NCBI GenBank assembly: GCA_016870325.1
Contig: VGBV01000001.1
Location: 3,349 to 67,348, forward strand
DNA: 64,000 bases
Direction of reading: 5' to 3'
From: Actinomycetota bacterium
Lineage (GTDB): Bacteria; Actinomycetota; Thermoleophilia; Solirubrobacterales; 70-9
This document shows positions 36,105 to 43,335 of this stretch, one piece after another. Each line of letters begins with the position of its first letter. Position 1 is the first letter of the stretch. Both the position numbers and the translations under genes were made by a program. The notes under the pieces were generated by a model that did not search any database, was not told the DNA's origin, and saw only the letters and a program-made list of their open reading frames with translations.

Positions 36105-36761
36105 CTACCCGGTGAGGGTGTCCCAGCCTTCGGCTGAGCGCAGCGGCGCCAACTGCTCCTCTTCGCGGGCGCGCTCGCGCAGGGCGGGGTTCGCCTCGAT
36201 CGCCAGGCGCAGCTCCTCCAGGGCGACTTCCTCCTCGCCCAGCTGAGCGCGGCAGCAGGCCAGGCGATAGCGGACGAAGGGGTGCTCCCGCTGCTCCCCC
36301 GCCTCCGTCTCCAGGATCTCGGCGGCCTCGGCCCAGTCGCCGCGCAGCATCGGGTCCTGAGCCAGGTAGATCGGCTCCCACGGCAGCGAGTGGTAGGCGC
36401 GGTCGCTCCAGCCGCCCACGGCGAGCACCACCGTGCCGTCCTCGAGCGCCTCTCCGCGGCGGCGCAGGTCGGGGTCCCGCACCAAGCAGGCCGTCCCGGC
36501 CGGCGCGTCGAGCTGCTCGTCGCCCACGAAGATCCTGGCGCGCCGGCGAGCACGATGTAGAGCTCCTCCTGGCCGGGGGACTCGACGTGGTCCTCGATCA
36601 CGGCATCGCCGGCGCGCCGGCCGCGGTAGACGTTGGTGCCGAAGGCGCCTATCCCCAGCCGGCGCCGCAGCGGTAGCCAGTCGGGGGGAGCCGTCGGGGA
36701 GCGGCACGTAGTCCGCGTCGAAGACCGAGACGGTGCGGAACGGCGGCTCGTCTGCGCTCAC
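36105..36761 (-). pseudogene. cupin-domain protein with a TPR-like C-terminus, two frameshifts
   Basis: Three frames are needed. VSADEPPFRTVSVFDADYVPLPDGSP breaks in the G6 run at 36683-36688. GIGAFGTNVYRGRRAGDAVIEDHVESPGQEELYIVLAG breaks at about 36535-36548. The last part is RIFVGDEQLDAPAGTACLVRDPD..EELRLAIEANP. Confidence 0.65.
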
Positions 36762-36818
36762 GCGCCCATACTCCCAGCTTTCGACAATGCCGCCGGTCCC
36801 AGCGTGATACTTCCCCCG

Positions 36819-38198
36819 ATGCCGGACCTCCCACTGCTCCTCGCCGAGTCGTCGAACCTGCTGGCGGCGCGCAACCAGATGGCGCTGACGCTCGGGTTCC
36901 ACATCATCCTCGCCTGCCTCGGGGTGGCGTTCCCCGCGATCATGCTGATCGCCGAGTACCGGGGCCGCAAGCACGGCGACGAGGAGGCCCTGCTGCTGGC
37001 GCGACGCTGGTCGAAGGCGGTCGCGGTCCTGTTCGCGGTCGGGGCCGTCAGCGGCACGGTCCTCTCCTTCGAGCTGGGGCTTTTGTGGCCGGAGTTCATG
37101 GAGCGCTTCGGCGACGCCTTCGGGATCGCCTTCGCGATCGAGGGGCTGTTCTTCTTCACCGAGGCGATCTTCATCGCGATCTACATCTACGGCTGGGACC
37201 GGCTGCCCGGCTGGGCGCACTTCTGGAGCGGGGTGCCGATCGTGATCGCCGGGCTCGGCGGCGCCGCCGCGGTGGTGGCCGCGAACTCGTGGATGAATCA
37301 GCCCCAGGGCTTCGACCTCGACGCGCAGGGCAACGTCACGAACGTCTCGCCCTGGGAGGTGCTGACCAACCCCGCCGCCGGCTACGAGATCCCGCACATG
37401 ATCTTCGCGGCCTACATGGTCGCCGGCTTCGGCGTCGCCTCGGTCTACGCCGTCGGCATGCTGAAGGGCCGCCGCGACCGCTACCACCGGGTCGGCTTCC
37501 TGATTCCGTTCACGGTCGCTGCGATCGCCACCCCGATCCAACTCTTCGTAGGCGACACCGCCGCGCGCGGGATCGCCGACCACCAGCCGGCCAAGTTCGC
37601 GGCGATGGAGTGCGTGTACGAGACCGGGCCCGACCAGACCGAGTACATCGGAGGCATCTGCACCGACGGCGAGGTCAAGTTCGGGATCGGCATCCCCGGG
37701 CTCGACTCGTTCCTGGTCGGCTTCAGCACCGACACCGTCGTCAAGGGGCTCGACCAGATCCCCGACGACGAGGAGCCGCAGGCGCTGACCCTGCTGCACA
37801 CGTCGTTCGACGTGATGGTCGGGATCGGGACCGCGCTGATGCTGCTCGTGCTCTGGTTCGCCTGGGCCTGGTGGCGCAGGCGTGACCTGCCGGAGTCGGT
37901 CTGGTTCCTCCGGTCCTCCGCGGCCGCCGGCGTCGCCTCGGTGATCGCGCTCGAGGCCGGCTGGATCGTGACCGAGGTCGGGCGCCAACCCTGGATCGTG
38001 CAGGGCTACATGAAGGTGGAGGACGCGGTCACCGACGCCCAGGGGCTGTGGTGGGTGTTCGGCTTCACCTTCCTGCTCTACACCGTGCTCGGGGCCGGAG
38101 CGGTGATAACCCTCCGCATCCTCTCTCGCCGCTGGCGCGAGGAGGACGCGGCCGAGCCGACCGAGCCCTACTCGCCGAGGGAGAAGGGGGCGACGTGA
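36819..38198 (+). CDS. cydA: cytochrome bd ubiquinol oxidase subunit I
   Basis: ARNQMALTLGFHIILACLGV, FAIEGLFFFTEAIF, GWIVTEVGRQPW. Confidence 0.94.
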   Translation: MPDLPLLLAESSNLLAARNQMALTLGFHIILACLGVAFPAIMLIAEYRGRKHGDEEALLLARRWSKAVAVLFAVGAVSGTVLSFELGLLWPEFMERFGDAFGIAFAIEGLFFFTEAIFIAIYIYGWDRLPGWAHFWSGVPIVIAGLGGAAAVVAANSWMNQPQGFDLDAQGNVTNVSPWEVLTNPAAGYEIPHMIFAAYMVAGFGVASVYAVGMLKGRRDRYHRVGFLIPFTVAAIATPIQLFVGDTAARGIADHQPAKFAAMECVYETGPDQTEYIGGICTDGEVKFGIGIPGLDSFLVGFSTDTVVKGLDQIPDDEEPQALTLLHTSFDVMVGIGTALMLLVLWFAWAWWRRRDLPESVWFLRSSAAAGVASVIALEAGWIVTEVGRQPWIVQGYMKVEDAVTDAQGLWWVFGFTFLLYTVLGAGAVITLRILSRRWREEDAAEPTEPYSPREKGAT

Positions 38199-39214
38199 GC
38201 GAGGCGGAGGCGGTCGCGATCGTGCTCCTGGTCGGAGCGATGATGTACGCGATCTTCGGCGGCGCCGACTTCGGCGCCGGGCTGTGGCAGCTCCGCACCC
38301 CCTCGGGCAAGCTGGGCGAGCGGGTCACGCATCGGATCGACTACTCGCTCACCCCTGTCTGGGAGGCCAACCACGTCTGGCTGATCTTCATCCTCGTCGT
38401 CACCTGGACGGGGTTCCCCGAGGCGTTCGGAGCGGTGATGACGACGCTCTACATTCCGCTGGCGCTGGCCGCCGTCGGGATCGTGCTGCGCGGGTCCAAC
38501 TTCGCCTTCCGCCACGTGATCAGGGGCACCCCGCTGGCCTGGGCGACGCGGCTGTTCGCCGTCTCCTCGGTGCTGACGCCGTTCTTCATGGGCACGGTGG
38601 TCGGCGCGATCGCCTCCGGCGAGGTCCCCCCCGACGGCGGCGGCGACCCGATGGGCAGCTGGACCGGCACGCTGCCGCTGCTGATCGGCGCGATGTTCGT
38701 CGTCAGCGGCGCCTACGTCGCCGCCGTCTTCCTGGTCCGCGACGCGGGCGCCGCCGGCGAGGAGGATGTGCGCGCCCATTTCCGCCGCTGCGCCCTCGGG
38801 GCCGCGGTCGTCGCCGGCCTCGTCGCCGTGGCCGGGATCCTCGCCCTGCGCGCCGACGCCCGCTTCGTCTACGACGGGCTCACCGGACCGGGCCTGCCGC
38901 TGGTGATCGCCTCCGCGCTCGCCGGGCTCGGGGCGCTGGCTCTGCTCGTCCGCGACGCCGGCGACAGGCTCGAGGCGCGGGCGCTGCGCCCGCTCGCGGT
39001 CGGGGCGGTGGCGATGGTCGTCTGGGGCTGGGGGGTCGCCCAGCACCCCTACGTGCTGCCGCCAGAGGGCTCCGAGGGTCTGACGATCGACGCGGCGGCC
39101 GCGGCCACGGCGTCGCTGACCACGATCCTTGTCGTGTTCGGGGTCGCGGTGGTGCTGATCCTGCCCGCGATCGGCCTGCTCTACGCGCTCAGCCAGCGCA
39201 GCCTGCTCGAGTAG
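38195..39214 (+). CDS. cydB: cytochrome bd ubiquinol oxidase subunit II
   Basis: GTG overlaps the cydA TGA (GTGA). GGADFGAGLW, PVWEANHVWLIF, and multiple TM segments. Confidence 0.9.
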   Translation: MSEAEAVAIVLLVGAMMYAIFGGADFGAGLWQLRTPSGKLGERVTHRIDYSLTPVWEANHVWLIFILVVTWTGFPEAFGAVMTTLYIPLALAAVGIVLRGSNFAFRHVIRGTPLAWATRLFAVSSVLTPFFMGTVVGAIASGEVPPDGGGDPMGSWTGTLPLLIGAMFVVSGAYVAAVFLVRDAGAAGEEDVRAHFRRCALGAAVVAGLVAVAGILALRADARFVYDGLTGPGLPLVIASALAGLGALALLVRDAGDRLEARALRPLAVGAVAMVVWGWGVAQHPYVLPPEGSEGLTIDAAAAATASLTTILVVFGVAVVLILPAIGLLYALSQRSLLE

Positions 39215-39251
39215 CGGCCACGGGGCCCGCCTCGACTAAGGTTCCGCGTCG

Positions 39252-40187
39252 ATGAAGTGGAGGCCAGGCAAGGCGAACCCGCGGCTCGAGGATCGCCGCG
39301 GCCAGGGGGGAGGCGGCGGCTTCGGCTTCCCCGGCGGAGGCGGCGGCATGCGCCTGCCGATCCCCAGCGGGGGCGGCGGCAGGATGGGGATCGGCACGAT
39401 CCTGATCGTGATCGTGCTGTTCTTGGTGCTCCGCAGCTGCGGGGGCGAGGGCGGCGGCTTCAACATCCCGAGCCTGCCCGAGCAGACGCAGGTGCCGCCG
39501 GCCCAGCAGACCGACCCCGAGGCGCCTCCGGCGCAGGGCGGTGAGGCCCAGGACCAGGGCAAGCAGTTCGTCAACTTCGTGCTCAACGACCTCGACGCCT
39601 TCTGGCTCGCCCAGTTCGAGAGCTCGGGCAGGCAGCTGCAGCCCCCCGGACTGGTGCTGTTCAGCGACGCCGTCTCCTCCGGCTGCGGCCAGGCGAGCTC
39701 GGCGACCGGGCCCTTCTACTGCCCGCTCGATCAGAAGGCCTACGTGGACCTCACCTTCTTCAACCAGCTCGACAGGCAGTTCGGGGCTCCCGGCGACTTC
39801 GCCCAGGCCTACGTGCTCGGCCACGAGTACGGCCACCACATCCAGCAGCAGCTGGGGATCGAGCAGCAGGTGCGCGACCAGAGCCAGTCGAACCCCGGCG
39901 ACGCCAACGAGCTCTCGGTCCGGTTGGAGCTGCAGGCCGACTGCTTCGCCGGGCTCTGGGGCCGCTCGCTCTACGAGCAGGGCGTGCTCGAGGACGGTGA
40001 CCTCGAGGAGGGGATCACCGCGGCAGAGGCCGTCGGCGACGACCGCATCCAGCAGAAGACCCAGGGCCGGATCGACCCCGAGTCCTTCACCCACGGCACC
40101 TCCGAGCAGCGCCGCACCTGGTTCCGCAAGGGCTACGACTCGGGCGACATCCAGCAGTGCGACACGTTCAGCGCCGATTCGGTCTAG
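39252..40187 (+). CDS. ypfJ: YpfJ-family neutral zinc metallopeptidase
   Basis: Gly-rich N-terminus plus a TM segment, GPFYCPLD, VLGHEYGHHIQ, LELQADCFAGLW, HGTSEQR. Confidence 0.88.
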   Translation: MKWRPGKANPRLEDRRGQGGGGGFGFPGGGGGMRLPIPSGGGGRMGIGTILIVIVLFLVLRSCGGEGGGFNIPSLPEQTQVPPAQQTDPEAPPAQGGEAQDQGKQFVNFVLNDLDAFWLAQFESSGRQLQPPGLVLFSDAVSSGCGQASSATGPFYCPLDQKAYVDLTFFNQLDRQFGAPGDFAQAYVLGHEYGHHIQQQLGIEQQVRDQSQSNPGDANELSVRLELQADCFAGLWGRSLYEQGVLEDGDLEEGITAAEAVGDDRIQQKTQGRIDPESFTHGTSEQRRTWFRKGYDSGDIQQCDTFSADSV

Positions 40188-40277
40188 CCGGGCGTCGTCA
40201 GCCTCCTGAGCGGCCCGGCCCCCGGGGCGCGCGCGGCGGAGCTCGAGCCGACCATGTCCCCGGCGCGGCGAGGGAAC

Positions 40278-40313
40278 GCGAACGGCCGCCGGGCGAGCCC
40301 GGCGGCCGTTCGC
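40278..40313. terminator. strong bidirectional hairpin (16-bp perfect stem)
   Basis: GCGAACGGCCGCCGGG-cgag-CCCGGCGGCCGTTCGC lies between convergent ypfJ and the repeat-protein gene. Confidence 0.65.
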
Positions 40314-40348
40314 TTACCCGAGAGGCTGGGGCCGATGGCCCCCTGCCA

Positions 40349-40602
40349 TCAGGCGCGGATGTCCGCGGTCGCGAGCGTGGTCCCGGCGGTCTTGGCCGAG
40401 TCCTTGGAGCCGGTGCCGCGGGTGTCCGCGGAGTTGGCGTCGTCGCTGTTGCCCTTGGTCGCCCTGGTGGTCCCGGCCGTCTTGGCCGAGTCCTTCGAGC
40501 CCGTGCCCTTGGTGCGGGCCGAGTCGGCGCTGTCATCGGTGTCGGCGGTCGCGGCGGTGGTCCCGGCCGTCTTGGCCGAGTCCTTGGAGCCCGTCCCCTG
40601 GG
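40349..40602. repeat. 90-bp coding tandem repeat (about 2.7 copies)
   Basis: The core GTGGTCCCGGC(C/G)GTCTTGGCCGAGTCCTT(G/C)GAGCC recurs at 40377, 40467 and 40557. Confidence 0.8.
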
Positions 40603-41071
40603 TGGCCAGGGTGCGGCCGTCGTCGTCTACCTCGCCGGTGCCTGTGTTGGTGCCGGCGGACTTCTCCGACTTGGCGGTGCCGGTGCCGGCGGTGTTGGTC
40701 GAGGGCTCGTCGCCGTCGCTGGGGCTCTCAGAGCCCACGTCGCTGGCGGAGTCGTCCTCCTTGGCCGCGTCGCCGTCGCCGCCACCCTCACCGTCGTCGC
40801 CGCCACCCTCACCGTTGTCGTCGCCGCTCTCGCCTTCCTCGCTCTCGGACTCGGCCGAGCGCACGGCCTGGTCGTCGGTGCCGCCCTGGGCGGTGTTGGC
40901 CCAGATCAGAGGCACGGACATCAGGAACAGCGCCGCGAGCAGCAGCGTCACGGACTTGCGCAGCGGGGAGGGCCCGCCGCCGGCGAGCTCGTTGCCCTCC
41001 GCGAGATTCAGGAACGCGCGCGACGCTCCACCGGGGTCACGAGCTCCCTTCGGATGCTCTTGGTCGGACAT
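40349..41071 (-). CDS. membrane-anchored acidic Ser/Thr/Asp/Gly-rich repeat protein
   Basis: ATG at 41071. One TM segment (VTLLLAALFLMSVPLIWA). An acidic low-complexity region is followed by 2.7 copies of a 30-aa repeat starting GTGSKDSAKTAGTT. Confidence 0.65.
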   Translation of the reverse strand: MSDQEHPKGARDPGGASRAFLNLAEGNELAGGGPSPLRKSVTLLLAALFLMSVPLIWANTAQGGTDDQAVRSAESESEEGESGDDNGEGGGDDGEGGGDGDAAKEDDSASDVGSESPSDGDEPSTNTAGTGTAKSEKSAGTNTGTGEVDDDGRTLATQGTGSKDSAKTAGTTAATADTDDSADSARTKGTGSKDSAKTAGTTRATKGNSDDANSADTRGTGSKDSAKTAGTTLATADIRA

Positions 41072-41207
41072 CGCGATTCCTCTCTTCGGTCGGTTTCGTT
41101 GCCGGGCGGTAGCCCGCGTCCAGTTTCGGACCCGCCTGGTTAAGAGATCGTTCAGCCGGGGTAAGGCCTTGGCCCTGGATCCCGGAATGGACGTTCGGAC
41201 GAGGCGC

Positions 41208-42101
41208 TCAGGCGACGGTGCGCCCACGGCGGCTGAGCGTCAGCTTCGCCGGCAGCGCCGCGATCAGCGGTTCCAGCCGCTCGGCGACATCGGCGGCGCT
41301 GGGGCGGTCGGCGGGATCGGGGGCGAGGGTGTCGCCGATCAGCTCGCGAAAGGCGGCGGGCAGCTGTGGGGGCAGCTCGGCAGGGGCCTTGACGAGTTGC
41401 GGGAAGCGCAGCTCGGGATCCTCGCTGTCGCGGTCCTGCTCAGCGCGCGGAAAGGGGCGCTCGCCGGCGGCGGCGTGGAACAGGGTGGCACCCAGGCCCC
41501 AGACGTCGGATGGGGGTCCGATCTCGCCCTCGTAGCCCTCGGGGTCGCACTGCTCGGGGGGCATGTAGGCGTCGGTGCCGATCGGGCGCCGCACCCGGGC
41601 GGCGCGATCGAGGCTGCGCGCGATGCTGAGGTCGATCAGCCGGGGCGGGACGCCCATGATCGTGTTGTCGGGCTTCACGTCCAGGTGCACCCAGCCTTCG
41701 GCGGCCATGTAGTGCAGCGCGCCCGCGAGGTTGAGCGCGAGCGGCAGCAGCTGCTGCATCGGCAGGGCCCCGCCGCGCTTGATCAGACGGCGCAGCGAGG
41801 GACCCTCGAGATGCTCGATCAGCAGGTGGGGATGGGGACCGTCGGTGACGGCGCCGAAGCCGCGGACTATCACCGGGTGAGCGAGCGCGGCCAGCACCTC
41901 GGCCTCGGTGGCGACGTCCTTGCGCGCGCGCTCGTCCTCGGCCTGGTCGGGGCGCACCACCTTTGCGACCAGGATGGAGTGCATGTGCTCGTCCCAGACG
42001 AGGTGCACCTCGTACATGTTCCCGCCCCCGATCGCCTTCAGGATGGTGCGCCCGGGCGCGATCTCGTGGCCCTCGGGGAACTCCCAGCTGGCGTTGCTCA
42101 C
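41208..42101 (-). CDS. compact Ser/Thr protein kinase-like protein with non-canonical catalytic motifs
   Basis: IGGGNMYEV (Gly loop), VAKVV (Lys), AEVLAAL (alphaC Glu), VHLDVKPDN (HLD instead of HRD), IDLS (instead of DFG), GTDAYMPPE. GTG 42101. The upstream part of the track ORF is shadow. Confidence 0.8.
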   Translation of the reverse strand: MSNASWEFPEGHEIAPGRTILKAIGGGNMYEVHLVWDEHMHSILVAKVVRPDQAEDERARKDVATEAEVLAALAHPVIVRGFGAVTDGPHPHLLIEHLEGPSLRRLIKRGGALPMQQLLPLALNLAGALHYMAAEGWVHLDVKPDNTIMGVPPRLIDLSIARSLDRAARVRRPIGTDAYMPPEQCDPEGYEGEIGPPSDVWGLGATLFHAAAGERPFPRAEQDRDSEDPELRFPQLVKAPAELPPQLPAAFRELIGDTLAPDPADRPSAADVAERLEPLIAALPAKLTLSRRGRTVA

Positions 42102-42179
42102 CCGCGAATGGTCGCACCCGGAGGGGTTGGAGCGGGCAAGGCCACGGAGAACGCGACTGCCCTGGGCTAAGTTGAAGCC

Positions 42180-42440
42180 ATGCGTTGCCCTTCCTGCGGC
42201 GATGAGAACCGCGAGGGAACGAGGTTCTGCGACTCGTGCGGGGCCGAGCTTGTGGCGCGCGAGACCGAGCGGGAGAGGCCGGCGGCGGAGGTTCTGCCCT
42301 CCGACGTCCCCGCGGAGCTTGCCCGCGGCCGCTACCGGGTTCGCAGCTTCCTCGGGCAGGGAAGCCGAAAGCGGGTCTACCTGGCCGAGGACTCGGCCTC
42401 GGGCTCCGAGGTCGCCGTTGCCCTGTTCGACACCGAGGGC
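42180..42440 (+). pseudogene. zinc-ribbon + kinase-like N-lobe fragment (N-terminus of a large regulator)
   Basis: MRCPSCGDENREGTRFCDSCGAEL, then RYRVRSFLGQGSRKRVYLAEDSASGSEVAVALFDTEG. After about aa 90 the frame becomes Arg-rich junk. Confidence 0.55.
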
Positions 42441-42498
42441 GAGCGCGCCGAGCAGCCGCTCGCACAGCAGTACTACGCGCGCCGTCCGCGACCTCCGC

Positions 42499-43335
42499 AT
42501 GGACATCCCAGGCGTCCAGCCCGCCTCATGCGCCCTCAACCTGTTCTCGCCGACCTCGAAGGCGGAGCGGGTCGAGGTCTTCGCGGCGGGCGCGAGCGGT
42601 CCGTTCGCCGCGCGCGTGACCGGGGGCGCGATCCTGTCGGACTCCGTGCTGCGGGCCAGTGGCGATTTCGCCGTGGCCGTCGCCAGCGCCGGAAGTGGCG
42701 GCACTCTGCGCAACGTCACCGCCATCGCGTCGGGATCCGACTCCACGGGGCTGTTCACGAACGCGGTCTATCAGGGCGCGGCCCCGGTCCAGACGATCAC
42801 GGCGCAGAGCTCGATCTTCCGCGGCGACAACTACGGCATCGACGTCCAGGGCGACGGCAGCCACACCGTCTCCGTCGAGACCGACCACTCGATCACGTGG
42901 GACCTGAATTGGGCGATCCTCCCCGACGCGACCATCAGCGGGGACCCGCAGACCCCGACGCCGCTGTTCGTGAGCGGGACCGACTTCCACCAGCTCGCCG
43001 GCTCGCCGACGGTCAACGCCGGCGCCGCGGTTGCCGGCCTCAGCGCGACCGACCTGGACGGGCAGGCGCGCACCGTCGGCTCGCCCTCCGACATCGGCGC
43101 CGACGAGTACGTCCCCCCGGACCCGCCGGCGGCCCCCCAGCAGCCCGGCGCCAAGAAGAAGAAGGGCAAGAAGGGCAAGAAGCGCAAGGGGAAGGCATCC
43201 GCCAAGAAGAAGTGCAAGAAGCGAAAGGGCAAGAAGCGCCAGCAGCGCCGAAAGGGCAAGAAGCGCCAGCAGCGCCGATCCGGGCTTCTTCCTAGTCTTC
43301 GCGGATGCTCTCGGCCCTCCTCGCCGGCGCGCTGA
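42499..43335 (+). pseudogene. parallel beta-helix repeat protein, N-terminally truncated, with a Lys-rich tail
   Basis: The second frame reads ..TLRNVTAIASGSDSTGLF..SSIFRGDNYGIDV..FHQLAGSPTVNAG..DLDGQARTVGSPSDIGADEY, then KKKKGKKGKKRKGKASAKKKCKKRKGKKRQQRRKGKKRQQRR. No signal peptide is present. It may still be translated from ATG 42499. Confidence 0.5.

Noticed and set aside
42180-43295. Track ORF 42180..43295 as one 371-aa protein.
   Set aside because: Only the first ~90 aa have protein-like motifs and the rest is Arg-rich. A different frame over the same DNA encodes a clear beta-helix tail.
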